Source of the DNA: Eledone cirrhosa
Lineage: Eukaryota
Assembly: GCA_964016885.1 (NCBI GenBank)
Contig: OZ024743.1
Location: forward strand, 349,556,001-349,620,000
Reading direction: 5' to 3'
Length of the DNA: 64,000 nucleotides
The position numbers were made by a program, and so were the translations under genes. The notes under the pieces are model-generated. The model saw only the letters and a list, made by a program, of their open reading frames with translations. It was not told where the DNA came from and did no database searches. Positions 1 to 13,486 of this stretch are shown here, piece by piece (within the stretch, counting starts at the first letter, position 1; each line of letters starts with the position of its first letter).

Positions 1-1319
1 TTTATATTCCGCTTTGCAAGGGTTGGATTTCAGCTCTGATGTTATGTAATAGGTAGATTCCAACTAAATCGGTGATTTGCGCAGAGTCGCTTGAGCCCAT
101 AGTGATGTCGAGTTGTCTGTTCTGTCCTTTCTAGTCCAGAATGAGCCGTTGAATTCAATGATTGTTTGCCTAGCCATAAGTATGATGTCAATCTCGTTAT
201 TAGTTATGTCAGAGTTGGTGCTGGCTAGGGTTAATGCTTTGTTAAGCAGTGCCGGGGTTATTGAAGCGTAGTAGCTGTCAATGTCAAATTGGAGAAACGT
301 CATAGATTACTTGGACCTTAGATCTGAGAACTTTCTGACGACTTGGCCGGTGTTGGACCACAGCTTGTAGGTGATACCATCTCGTAGCCCAAGGATGATC
401 CTGTCGAGAATGTTCTTGCTGATACGACCCACGTCAGATGTGGTTGGGCTTATAAACCTAATAGATGGGTTCTCAATAAAGTTTGGCTTGTGATCCTTGA
501 GAGAGAACCTAGGGATTGTAGGTACATAAGGGTGGGTAAATCTATCCAGATGCAAGTCCTTAACCAGAGTCTGGGCTTTTCGGTTAAGTAAGTTTACATT
601 TGAGGGTATAGTTTTTTATAGTTTTTTTATTAAGCTCCTTAAGAAGGAAAGAGTTGGAAGTTTCAGGAGGCATGGTGTATAGATTTTTGGTTTTGTCAGA
701 CATAACATATAAGAGGTGGCTATCCTTAAATTTGTTTATAGTTATTGCTAATTTTGTGAGGAAATTATTCTTGTGTCAATAATGCTTGTTGAATTTAATG
801 CTCCTGACGAGGTTAAATAAAGGGTCGAGGAGGTTGTTGTGTGGGGGATTCTTGCAGGTGGCAAATCCATATATGTTGGCAGTACCTCCAGCGTCAGCAG
901 CACCCACTCTGTCGAAGTGGAAGGCCTTCCATGGTATTCTGCGGATGAATGAGTTGACACCCTGTATTAGGAGTTTGAGTTAGGTCTTTCTATCCGGGAT
1001 AGGATGGACTTAAGTGATATCCTGATTTCCTGTTTGCTCAACATGGTGACTTCTAACAGTTAATAGCTCAACTACGGGAGCTCGAGTATACACAGTTCAA
1101 GAGTAAACCAATCTTAAAGAGAGAGATTGAGATAGGATAGGAGAAGAGAGATTGGAGAATTTGTTAGAAGTCAAAAGCGTAAAGGCATTAGCTCAATGTG
1201 CAATATGCAGTGGAATGCAGCTAGAAGGCTGGATTCATGCAGAGATTAGGTGCAGAGAGCTGGAAATATTCATTAGTTAAGCAAAACAAGACCACAAATT
1301 TCACAAGGAAGACATTATT
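1..1319 (-). mobile_element. Penelope-like element (PLE), decayed RT N-terminal region, truncated by the window edge
   Basis: ORF 307-555 (LKDHKPNFIENPSIRFISPTTSDVGRISKNILD) and ORF 64-303 (FLQFDIDSYYASI...LLNKAL) match PLE RT motifs and are homologous to the copy at 29793-30326. Stops and frameshifts are present. Confidence 0.85.
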
Positions 1320-1324
1320 ATTAT

Positions 1325-1769
1325 CATAGTTGCATTTATCTTGCTTTATGTTCATACGAGTTATCACCAAGTCACAACCAGTGACCTCAAGAGACAACAA
1401 GGTCCGCCATGTTCAAGAAAGAACATACATATTCACACATGCATCTTTAGTGTTTAGACTTCTGATGTACTTATATTGACAGAATCTTCCTTAGTATATG
1501 GGAAGTTCCCATTAGTACTATCTTTTGTATTTCTCCTATACGCGGGTTTCCTGTGATTTGCGATAAGTAATCATTAGACCCCTTAGGTATCATTCCCAGA
1601 GCGCCTACAACCACTGGTATTGTTTTAGTTCTCAATTTACACATTTTTCCAATTTCTATCTCCAGGTCCTTATACTTGCTCAATTTTTCAAATGTTTTTA
1701 TAGATACATTCTTGTCTATTTGAACAGACATATCAATTAGCAGGCATACCCTTTTTTGAAAGTCTTTCT
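1325..1769 (-). mobile_element. 5'-truncated R4/Dong-type non-LTR retrotransposon (REL endonuclease C-terminus plus 3' UTR)
   Basis: ORF 1471-1731 EKLSKYKDLEIEI...TIPVVVGALG...LMGTSHILRKIL. Flanked by (ATT)n tracts, the known Dong target type. Confidence 0.85.
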
Positions 1770-1790
1770 ATTATTATTATTATTATTATT

Positions 1791-2139
1791 AAAAGGTGGG
1801 TGAATGTGGCGAGAATGGCTCGTGTGAATGGGCCTACTCTGACCATGCGCCTATAGACTAGCTAACTTGAGGAGAGGGGTGCTCTCCTGGGTGCCCTAGA
1901 AGCGCAGGGTGGTTCAGGATTGGTGGGGTACCCGAATCACCCCAGGGTCGTCCACCCCCTATCGGGGAATTTATTTTGTTATATTTTGCATTGTTTATTT
2001 TATATTTTATATTTTATATTTTCATTGTTAAATTAGTCTTGCCATTGTGCACTTTTACTCGACCTTATTGTAAACCCCCACTGTCCCTGTCTTTGTATTG
2101 TCCCCTACATGTCGGCCCTTGTGGCTAATAAAGGAAATC
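1791..2139 (+). mobile_element. 3' end fragment of the L1/Tx1-like LINE family
   Basis: AAAAGGTGGGTGAATGTGGCGAG...CTGACCATGCGCCTATAGACTA is homologous to the reverse complement of ~60220-60335. Ends near AATAAA and lies between (ATT)n tracts. Confidence 0.7.
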
Positions 2140-2171
2140 ATTATTATTATTATTATTATTATTATTGTTAT

Positions 2172-2640
2172 TCCTTGAATCTCAGTCATTGATGTTGGTT
2201 AACTGGAAAGTCCGTTGGATTGAATATCAAGCCACTACCTGCAGCCTCAGATATTCAGGACGTATCGGAGGGTTCTTGCTGTTCCAAGCAAGCATGCCTT
2301 TTGAAGCGTTCCAAAAAGCGTGAAGGGGCCGATTTTCTTTAACCATCCCTGGAAACTTTTGGAGATAGTCCCCAGTGCGCCTATGACAATCGGGATCACT
2401 TTGACTTCATGGCAGTTCCAAATCCTTTTCACCTCCCACTTTAGGTCCTGGTATCGGTCAATTTTCTCCCTCTCCTTCTCTTGCACTCTCGTGTCGAACG
2501 GGCAGGCCACATCCACAATCAGACACGATCTTTTTTCTTTGTCCACAACCACCAGGTCAGGTCTATTGTGTTCCAGTTTTTTGTCCGTCTGTATCCTAAA
2601 ATCCCACAGCACTTCACCTGATTGTTCTCCATCACCGCCT
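2172..2640 (-). mobile_element. 5'-truncated R4/Dong-type LINE (REL endonuclease domain)
   Basis: ORF 2247-2612 LWDFRIQTD...HNRPDLVVVDK...IVDVACP...EKIDRYQDL...IPIVIGALG, an intact PD..D REL motif. (ATT)n flanks. Confidence 0.9.
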
Positions 2641-2657
2641 CTGGCCTATGCTCATAC

Positions 2658-2725
<68 letters not shown>

Positions 2726-2833
2726 CTTACATTAAACTATATTTACACTCCTCATTCCTTAAACTGTTGACAATCTTTAAATAATGTCTTCCTTGTGAAA
2801 TTTGTGGTCTTGTTTTGCTTAACTAATAAATAA

Positions 2834-2906
<73 letters not shown>

Positions 2907-2931
2907 TATATTTATTTACTTATTTATTTAT

Positions 2932-2983
<52 letters not shown>

Positions 2984-2993
<10 letters not shown>

Positions 2994-3321
2994 AAACGAA
3001 AAATCAGTGATGCATCTGAACTCAATTTATTGTGTGTTACAATTGCTTCGCTGGCGGACAGCTCGAGACACGATCATTGTGTGGATCTGTCTGATTCTGG
3101 ATCTGGATGCGCAAGTTTGACGGACACGTCTATTGATTTCTGAGCAAATTCTAGTGAAAGAATTTGCTCCGAAATCATTAGACGTGTCCGTCGAACCTGC
3201 GGATCCAGAATCATACAAATCCACACAATGTTCGTGTCTCGAGCTGTCCGCCGGCAAAACAATTGTGACACACAGTAAATTGAGTTCAGATGCATCACTG
3301 ATTTTTCGTTTTATATTATAT
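2984..3321. repeat. Long imperfect palindrome (~165-bp arms, 6-nt loop at 3153-3158) followed by a unique tail, embedded in (TA)n
   Basis: 2984-3152 is the reverse complement of 3159-3321, with about a dozen substitutions and one small indel. Confidence 0.95.
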
Positions 3322-3514
3322 CATATTCTGCTCCGTAAGAACATAGAGTGCTCAACCGGCATACCGCCTATGGAAGCATCTTAGCTACCATCACACACAC
3401 ACACACACAGACACATATATATTTATATATATATATTTATATAAACATAAATTATCGAGATTCGCATTTCGGCCCACGAAATAACGAAAAACAACCTCCG
3501 AGATGTGTGGGAAG

Positions 3515-3657
<143 letters not shown>

Positions 3658-3864
3658 TGTGCAAGTGTTTGTAGCATAATTTCTCTTGTTTACAAATAGT
3701 CGAAACTATCGACTTGTCATTTGTCTATTTGTTAGTGTTCTTTGTGCACTAGAGCCAGCTGTAACGAACTTAAATTACTGAACCAACGTATCTCTAGCGA
3801 TCAACTGATGACACGGGACTGTCTGTGTTTCGTTCGCTTTCCTGTATACAGCCATTTACATATT

Positions 3865-3906
<42 letters not shown>

Positions 3907-3981
3907 CCATTTGCATATATATATATATAAATATAGGAGAAATACAGGACAGGAAAATGAACGAAACATATATATATACAC

Positions 3982-4102
<121 letters not shown>

Positions 4103-4801
4103 ATTGTCAAACATGTCACCTTTGCATTGGAACATACAGGAAGGTTGTAAATATTTTCAAAAGCTGAAAATCACGCTAAATCTGCACTGGAATATAATTG
4201 GAACTGACAGCATGACAAGATCTGATTTTACCTCTGAGCTACTTGAAGAATTTATTAATGTATTTATTTATCTTTTATACACCTCCCCTTTCAGCACACC
4301 GAATGTCCTACAGTCCTGTTGTTGGACTATATAACTTCCTTTACCTCCTGTCTCTTTCTCATCCCCTCTCCTTCTATTTATTTTCACCTCTCCTACACGT
4401 TAACATATATTAACGCCATCTTCTCCGCCAACATCAACCGTATTTTATGTTGTTTGTATATAGATTTTTGTATTTATATTCATTTTCTTTAAAACTTACA
4501 TTTGAATATACGTTTTTTATAATTTTGCTCTTTATTTTATTCACTTCTATGTTATGTTATTTAAACTTATTTACTTTCTTTATTCGGCAGTAGTTAACCT
4601 AATTTTAGCTTCCAGACAATTAAGAGGCGTTCTACTGTATCATGTTTGAAAGAATGAGCTGGGACAAATCTACGTATTTTTGCGTGCTTTCACGCACACA
4701 ATACAATAACCGTGGCAAACCCTACATATAGAGAAATATACAATCATTCAAACACAATTGACACACGTGCCTTTAGAAATATATGCATGTTATGATATAT
4801 A

Positions 4802-4885
<84 letters not shown>

Positions 4886-4958
4886 TGATTGTGTGTGTTG
4901 TGTATGTGTATATAAGTAGACATATGCAGAGATTTAAATGCACACGCAGGTACAAACA

Positions 4959-5038
<80 letters not shown>

Positions 5039-5545
5039 TATCATTCACATGCAGAGTGCATGTGTGTCATAATTCAAAAATATCAATATGAAAGAATGTT
5101 TAATGGTGTCTTTTTGTATGTATGTGTATGCGACTGACTTCTGTTTCTCTTTAATATTTGCATAATGTCTTAAGGGGCCCTGTTTAATTCTCACTTTATT
5201 TTCTATTTATTTTATGTATTTTTTTAAAGTTTGATGCTGTAGTTAGTGGGTGAAGAGAAGCGCATAAGTCAAAGGCAAAGGCTTTGTTGTAAACTGGATG
5301 TTTCATGAAACATATTCCCTTTCACCAACATATTTCTGGCGCGATCCTCCTGTTGGGTGTATATTCATATTTACATTCAAAATATCATTAGATTTGTTGG
5401 TGCAAACGGGAGTACAAATCTAAGTACAGAATTTGAGTAGGGTGAGGCAAGATCTTCTAGATAGCTATTACGAAATGTGCATTAAATGCGAGACATTTGT
5501 CTCCTAGATTAAGTTTATTATTATGTACTGATTATTATATACTAA

Positions 5546-5732
5546 GGGTGGTGGATTGGCAGTATCGGTAGAGGGTCGGATGCCATGCTTTGACGCATAG
5601 AGTTACGTCCCTTTACAGTCTGAGTTCAAATCCCGCCGAGGTTAACTTTGCCTTTCCTCCTTACAGGGTCGATAAAATAAAGTACCAGTAATACACTGGG
5701 TAATTGCTGGCCTTGTGCCAAAAGTAGAAACA
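5546..5732 (+). mobile_element. tRNA-derived SINE (family A), full length
   Basis: GGGTGGTGGATTGGCAG head, B-box GAGTTCAAATCC, core GGTCGATAAAATAAAGTACCAG, tail GGCCTTGTGCCAAAAGTAGAAAC. TSD-like ATTATTATATACT at 5531-5543 and 5733-5745. Confidence 0.9.
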
Positions 5733-5863
5733 ATTATTATATACTGATTAGTAAATAGTCCATACGCTATATGATAAAGCAGAAATCATATACACATGCA
5801 TTATTCAGTTTTCCCAGTATTTCTTCGTGAATTGAAATTATTTTTTATGTGTTTCTTTTATTC

Positions 5864-5937
<74 letters not shown>

Positions 5938-6039
5938 TGAGTGATTATTGTATATATACAGTATATATACAGAGATAGAGAGATAGAGAGATAGATAAAT
6001 AGAGAGAGAAAGCAAGAGGGAATGAGGGGGGGGGATATT

Positions 6040-7950
6040 GGTTACCAGACTAGTAAGTCCATATTCAGCTAGATACTCGATGCTTGGCAAAATTAGCGGC
6101 CGCACACCTATCTGTGATCAAACCCGTATCTAACTGTCAACCACAACTCCAATCACCAACAACTGCCCAAACATGAAAATAGGTTTTCCTGAGAAATCTA
6201 GCAAAAGTATTTTTTTTTTCATTATTTTTAAATGTACATAGGATGAACTACCAATCTCAGCTATTCCCCCTGTGGAATACGCCTCTCCATTGTTCTAATT
6301 ACAAGATCCGCGAAATATCAAACCAAGTCATTACATAAGTCACAACATTTTTGCTTAATGAACAATGTATTTTCTCTTCCATCAATGCTAAAAATTTGAA
6401 GATTCAATTCATTAAGGATTGGGTTGTCGCCTATCTACCCAACATCTTTTTCTTCATCCTAACCGAGACCCACCTCGACAACTCAAACTTGGGAGCTGAA
6501 ATGGTGGTGACGGATTTCACAACCTTACGGGCAAATAATATTGGGAGAAAAACGAGCTCTGCTGACATATTTCTAAATAACTCTTTTACGGCAACCGCAA
6601 AGGACATATTCTTCACTGACTACGGTAAATTGATTTCTGGGCACAACAATACTATAGTTAGGGTTTATAGCCCACCTCATACGCCCTTACCTAACTTCAA
6701 AAAATGCCTCTACAGTATTAATTGTTTTATCCCCCGTGTTGAGCGAACTACAAATACTTTGGAAGTAGTTATTTCCATCTCACACCAAACAAAGTAGCAG
6801 TAGAATCACATTTCGAATTTATTGATGCGATTTTCCTCTCCAAACTTACGCCCACACCAGCAAGATGCCACAAAATGTTTTGGACGTAGTCTTAAGTAAC
6901 AACATTAGACTATTCACAATACTGAAATGAAAAAGTATCCTCTCAGAACATGTCATTGTTTTCTGTAACCTGCAATTCAAGTATCCAAACGTCAAATCCA
7001 TTAACAGCGATTTAGAGCATGTATCATAATGCAAACTGAGATGCGATCATTCATGATCTTACACTCGTTGACATTCATACACACAAACTCATATAAATAC
7101 CTACACCAACATCAAAACCTTTTGGTAAATATTTGTAGATACGGTTACAAATATATGCACAAAACACATTCGATCACAGTCTGTGAAAAAAATAAATGGA
7201 GACTCCCTAGAAAGAGAAGAAAAAAACATTATTAGAAACCAAAAGACTTACTTTTCAACAATCACCCAACTAAAATATTACTATACACTCAGTCGACTAC
7301 AATAACATTGTTTGAAAATAGATAACAACATAATCGTTAAAACTGCATAAGGACTGTCATCAATAACGAAATAACAGTTAAGGATGTCTGCACTATTGTG
7401 AAAATAAATCTCAATACCAAAATGTTTTTCTCATTTTCACGTTGTCTCCTCTCTTGGCCCGCTGATTGATGTAAATAACATTCTCTATGGAAGAGATACC
7501 ACAAAAGAAATACTGCTTTGTTTTCGACAATCCTAATATCGTTGATCTTGAGAGTATCCGTGATGTAAACCCCCAAAGTACCATATACAACCCCTGATAG
7601 CTTAGGGGCACTCAACTCAGACGTTGTCCACGATAGGTTTTTTATTAATATGCTGAAGAAATGTGGACATCAACTTGCATTCCCTCTATCTAATCACTGC
7701 GGGAATACACTTGATGCAGGCTATATTCTTTAACATTTTAGATCTCAGTCTGTCTTCTTAGTGTTCAGACAGCGGAACTGCCGTCCAATGTCACTCACAC
7801 CTGATATAATCAAGATTTTGCGATATTAGTGAGATGACAAACAACGCATTACCTCTAAGCAGCAATATCCTTAATTCCAACCTGCATGGTTTCCACGATG
7901 ACAGGGATTTCATAACATAGATTCTGTATCGCTTTGACTGTACATAAAGC
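6040..7950 (+). mobile_element. Decayed CR1-like LINE (APE endonuclease and RT remnants)
   Basis: ORF 6351-6797 contains FILTETHL...VYSPP APE motifs. Degenerate RT-start-like segments lie near 7600-7900. Confidence 0.65.
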
Positions 7951-7959
7951 TTTTTGTAT

Positions 7960-8603
7960 TCTTTTAACACTCATTCTGATGACATGACCAAATATGCGTT
8001 GTTGTGACTTCATAAGAAAGGTTTCAATCCCTCCTTTCTTGAACTTAGTGAAAAGGTCAGCGTTAGATATTTTGTCTTCGAGAGTCTATTCACAAATTGC
8101 GCGAAGATAACCATTGTGAAAGACGTCTAGTCGGTTAATGAGTGCAGGAAAAGAGTTTTATAAACCTGTATTTTAGTGTCCAATTTTATGCCCAGCTCAT
8201 TCAAAAGGTAGTAACGCAGCTTGCCAAATGCACTTGTGGCTTCCTTTTTCGATTGATTTGAATTCACCTGGCTGCCAAGATATGTGCACGATTTCATATA
8301 TTTGAGATTCTTCCCATCAACCTTTATCGGGGTATCCGGTAACTGAGAAACTTGAGGTTTCTGTTTGACACATGGTATTCTTTATGTATAGATTATTGCT
8401 GGAGGATCACCTATTATTTCTATGCTAAAGGTAAGCCCGAAAGATTTACGTCAACAGTAAAACGGATTACATGTTCCTGGGATTCGTCTAAAGATGTTGC
8501 TACAAGTGCAGCGTCATCTGGAAGAAGAATATCACGCATCATGCTGGTCCGTAGATGAGTCACAGCTTTGAACTGTTGAAAGTTGAAGAGTCAGCAACTA
8601 GTT
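7960..8603 (-). mobile_element. Decayed RTE-clade LINE RT fragment
   Basis: Manual minus-strand translation gives LFNFQQFKA..MRDILLPDDAALVATSL..TYLGS..ATSAFGKL..IKLDTKIQVY, similar to RTE RT (LLFADDAAL, FTYLGS, AFGRL). Confidence 0.75.
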
Positions 8604-8608
8604 ATATA

Positions 8609-8654
<46 letters not shown>

Positions 8655-8676
8655 ACTAGTTGCTGACTCTTCAACT
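8581..8676. repeat. Perfect 23-bp inverted duplication across a (TA)n tract
   Basis: AGTTGAAGAGTCAGCAACTAGTT (8581-8603) and its exact reverse complement (8654-8676). Confidence 0.95.
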
Positions 8677-8710
8677 TATATATATATATATATAGATATA
8701 TAGATCCCGT

Positions 8711-9313
8711 AGGGGATCACTAATGTAGCCGGGAAGCCGCTAGAATTGGTTGAGGACTTCCTGTATCTGGGAGCAAAGATTGGGAATACGGAAGATGATG
8801 TGGTTGAGAGGAATAGCAAAGCCTGGGCGGCGTGCCACAGCTTGAGATGGGTGTGGAAGTCGGACCTTCGTAAAAACCTAAAAATCCGCCTCTTCATTGC
8901 TTTAGTGGAGTCTGTGCTGCTGTACGGGTCTGAGACCAAGAAACTCACTCAGATGGTGGATGGGTGCTACACGAGAATGCTAAGGATTGCTATGAACATT
9001 AATCAGTATACACTGAGGATGAAAAACTCAGAGCTGTATGGGAGCCTCCCAAAGGTCAGCTCAAAAGGGACACAGAGGAGATTGAGGTTAGCTGGACATG
9101 CTCACCGGCATCCATAGTTGACATTGCACTCAGTGCCCCTGTGGGAGCCCCTACATGGACACACTGGAAGAAGATGACCAAGGTTAACGTATGTTGATGC
9201 CCTAAGGACAGACACTGGTCTGTTGGAGACGCAGGACATGGCAGCGATAATGAGGGACAGAGACCGCTGGAGAGAACTCGTCCATGGATCTCGGGAATTT
9301 TACTCGCCCTAGA
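8711..9313 (+). mobile_element. 5'-truncated RTE-clade LINE with target-site duplication
   Basis: ORF 8746-9117 VEDFLYLG...KIRLFIALVESVLLYGSET...DGCYTRMLR...RRLRLAGH. TSD ATAGATCCCGT at 8700-8710 and 9314-9324. Confidence 0.9.
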
Positions 9314-9819
9314 ATAGATCCCGTTAAGGGTGAAAGCAGCGATTCTTTTCTTAAACCTTAATCTGTTATTTTAATAAATATATATATATATACACATATA
9401 TATATATATGTGTGTGTATGTGTGTGTGTGTGTGTGTATAAATATATGCATATATATATATATATATTTGTACATATACATGTGTGTATGTGTGTGTTCG
9501 TGTGTGATGTGTATGATGTATGTATTCATACATGTATCCATATATAGGTATAGTGCTATCAAAAAGGAACAGCTTAAATAATACGAAGCAAGGTATTGTA
9601 ATGTTATTGGCTGTATCTATATTGAATCATTGGAAATGTTACATCTTCCAGCATAACGAGGGCAAAGAGAGAAATAAACATGACAGAAGTTCTAGATAAC
9701 GAATATCTTATCTGCCAAAAAGAAAATAAGTTGAGCCATGTGTTTTAAGGGTCAATGCCTTTTGGATTCCGTGCTAATCTTCTCTGGGTAATGCCCTTAA
9801 TCAAAAGATTTCAAAAACA

Positions 9820-9881
<62 letters not shown>

Positions 9882-10063
9882 TTGTTTGCATGTATATACA
9901 TATACATACATATATATATATCCCATGTACGTCAATACTCATCTTTTTCCATTTATCTGAGGGTTCTAAACCCCGTTATCAAGCTAAAATTCCTTTAGTC
10001 AAAAATACGGTGAAAGCTATATATTTTCTAATTTCAAACTCGCTCGCAGTTTTAAAACATACT

Positions 10064-10239
<176 letters not shown>

Positions 10240-10299
10240 AGAGTCAGGGCCCCGACGGCTGAGCTCTAACCGTTTAGACAGCTAGAACTTCTATATATA

Positions 10300-10546
10300 T
10301 AATAAGTATGTTTTTAAACAGAGAGTGAGTTTGAAATTCGAAAATAGAACTTTTCGCCGTAATTTTTTACTCAAGAAATGTTACCCTAATAGAAGGGTTT
10401 AGAATCATCTAAGAAATGGAAAAAGATGAGTATTGACGTACATGGGAGTCGAACCTACATCTGTTGTTATCAAAACTACTCTGCTACCATTACAACAATA
10501 CATTTTCTGATTTCAAACGCGCCCGCTGTTTCAAAGCATACTTACT
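10300..10546 (-). mobile_element. Short element with ~43-bp imperfect terminal inverted repeats enclosing a tRNA-like sequence
   Basis: Ends TAAGTATGTTTTTAAACAG..GAAAAT and ATTTTCTG..CAAAGCATACTTA are inverted. Minus strand has TGTAATGGTAGCA (A-box-like) and GGTTCGACTCC (B-box). A truncated opposite-orientation copy is at 9921-10068. Confidence 0.6.
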
Positions 10547-10559
10547 TGTCATGATACTT

Positions 10560-10743
10560 GGTGGTGGATTGGCAGTGTCGGTGGAGCGTCAGACACCATG
10601 CTTTGCAGCATAGTTATGGCCCTTTACGTTCCGTGTTAAAATCCCGCCGAGGTTAACATTGCCTTTCATCCTTACAGGGTCGATAAAATAAAGTACCAGT
10701 AATGCACTGGATAATTGCTGGCCTTGTGCCAAAAGTAGAAACA
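10560..10743 (+). mobile_element. tRNA-derived SINE (family A)
   Basis: Same head, core and tail as 5546-5732. Short TSD-like AT(G/T)ATACTT. Confidence 0.9.
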
Positions 10744-10817
10744 ATTATACTTGCGAAGAATGTAGCTTCTAATTTGAATTGAAGGAGATGGGTGAGCGTT
10801 TCGTTTAACTTCTATCG

Positions 10818-10858
<41 letters not shown>

Positions 10859-10870
10859 CGTGTGTGCGTG

Positions 10871-10937
<67 letters not shown>

Positions 10938-12500
10938 TAAAATCAATAGAATGTCGGACTGGAAATATTCTTTAATATTCCGATGAAAATTTTAATTCCG
11001 CGAAAACACTATACATATTTTAATGCACCAGTTTCATCATCGATTATGATGCAAGACTTAAACGATTTTATCGTGTATTTATTACATAATTATCTACATA
11101 AGAACACAGAGCTACTGCCGACACAAACAGGGAATAGAATATAGACAATAGATTTGGTTCGGGGTTGGCCTGCCAGTGTGCTGTTACTGTAACTGCAAAC
11201 CATCCACGAAAGTCACACAGGCATCATGCTAAGGATAGTGGGTGCATATGGGTGACGGAGGGGGTGTGGGTTATTAAGTGGCGCCAGAACGTCTACACTT
11301 CACAGAAAATGCCATTTATTGAACTCAACCAAAGATTCCATTGAAACTGCCGTCTGGGTGTTTTGAACTTAAAGGCCCTGTTTAATCACCCACTCGTGAT
11401 ACAAGGCATAGACGATTTCATCAAGTGTTGATTGCAGAATTAGCCACATAAGACAACAAGACAACGGCAAGCACAAACAGAGAATACATTGTCGGTTATG
11501 TGGTACTTTCTAACTTTAAACATTTTATTTTGAGTGATACTTTTCAATCGATTCTATTTCATTCTGGTTCTATATTAAATGTCTAATTCTGCAATAAACA
11601 CCACATGAAATCGTCAAGGTCGTACATGATAATCGGATGATGAAATTGGGCCATTGAAATATATATTGTGCTTCCGTGGAAATAACATTTTAATTGGAAT
11701 TTTAAAGAAAGTTTTCAGTCAGACCTTCTGTTGTTCTTGATGAATGTTTAACTCTGTTCCTGTGCCAGCTACGAGATATCACATCTACGATTGATGATCT
11801 GCATAACTTCGAGCGCTTTAATTTATTGCATCATCGTTTACTAACCAGAATCACCAGTTCTACCCTTTTGGTAAAGAAACTAACATAAATTGAACAAGGC
11901 TCCAGTTGCTATCAGGCATATTGTGATGTAATGCAGGACCAATGCCATAACCCCAATATAAGAGGAACTATTACCACACACCCGCTAAAACTGAGTCTTC
12001 TCCAGTACATGTACCCGATCCTACACAGGTACCTAATTTCTAAACGACCAAAGGGAAATCTCACAGATCGTTGGTTATGTGATACTATTTGACTTTAATT
12101 ATTTTATTTTGAGTAATATATTTCATTCGATTCTATTTGATTCTGACACTATAGTATATGCCTTCTATAGGTGGAGTACATCTTACTCTATTGTTTATGG
12201 TTATTATATAAATCATAGATGATATGTAAAATTCAGAAACCACAAGTTTCAGTATCGTCTCCATACCAATAACTAATGATTCTTTCTCTTCAGTTGTATA
12301 TTGTTTATCGCTACCTCTCTTACTTCCTTGCTAAATTAATCTTTCTTTATCCACCACCGTATTTATTTAACACTTAACTTTCGTTATAGTAGAACTACAC
12401 CTACACATTACTTCTATATTTTTTAATATATTTATATTTTTTTAATTCGCTTTTGAATTTGTTTTGTGAAATTCTTATCTGAAAACGTATATTGGAACAG

Positions 12501-12742
12501 ATATTGTTATACTTTGGGTGGGTCATGCTGCCAACACATGCACCTGTTGGTTTTCACTTTATTATAAGTTTCAGTTTGGTCGACTGGTTGGTTCGACAAC
12601 TGGAAGGTTGTATATTCTCAAAGCACTTTCGTCACACATTCTTTTACCTCCTCAGTGACTAGGTTTTTATTTTGTGTCCGTCCTTTGTTCTGTCCTACAC
12701 CATCTTGTTTTTGTAGAGCAGAACAAAGGATGGACACAAAAT
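12501..12742 (-). mobile_element. 3' end fragment of the Neptune-like PLE family with a small terminal inversion
   Basis: Homologous to 32751-33000. 12669-12692 is inverted at 12719-12742. Contains a degenerate HHR (CTGAGGA...GAAAG). Confidence 0.75.
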
Positions 12743-13486
12743 ATGTGTTTTTATTAGCAGCATGGCCCTCTCAAAGTATTACAATATATTTTTATTAATT
12801 TTCCATATTTCACTTTATAGCATATAATTAAATTAACTACATTATATTATATCCCATGAGATATTCCATATGTAATATAATATTTAACCACTACTTTATT
12901 CAATAGTTGCTACAGATATAATTCAATTTAATTTTAATCTTAATTTTAATTTCAGTTTTACATTCAACTCTGTATATGCTTTTTTTTCTACCTAATGATA
13001 GCTATATCTAATTAATTACCTCTACCACTTAATTTATCCCACCATGGATAAAAGTAAGAATATCTAATGTGTTATCTATCTCTCATCATATCATGTTCGT
13101 TGGTATTATTGGCATTTTAAGGTGGGTGTTAAGCCATCGACTGGCCATATGTGGATATCTGATTACACCCAGGTCGAATAAAATTAGGTTCTATAACTTG
13201 AGTGCTTCGAATTAATTAATTAATTAATTGTCACCTCCCTTCATTAATTGAATATACTACGTCACCAGTAACTTATTTCTTAGGACTTGATGGGAATGAG
13301 GAATGTCACGTCGGTCGATAATATACCATACCTCATTTTTGTCCACAATACAAACGCTTGTATATGCGCGAAATAGTTTTATTACCCCTTAATAACTCAA
13401 TAATTTACTTTCAAGAATCTTTCACATCTACTAATATAGTTGCCAATATGTATTTGTCTGTTACGCACTAAAGATAATTGAGGATG

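Noticed and set aside
8545-8600. Hammerhead-like GATGA..GAAA..GTC on the plus strand
   Set aside because: The core is incomplete and the region is explained by minus-strand RTE RT coding sequence.
10435-10505. Functional tRNA gene
   Set aside because: The acceptor stem is not convincingly paired and the sequence lies within a repeated TIR element, so it is reported as tRNA-like only.
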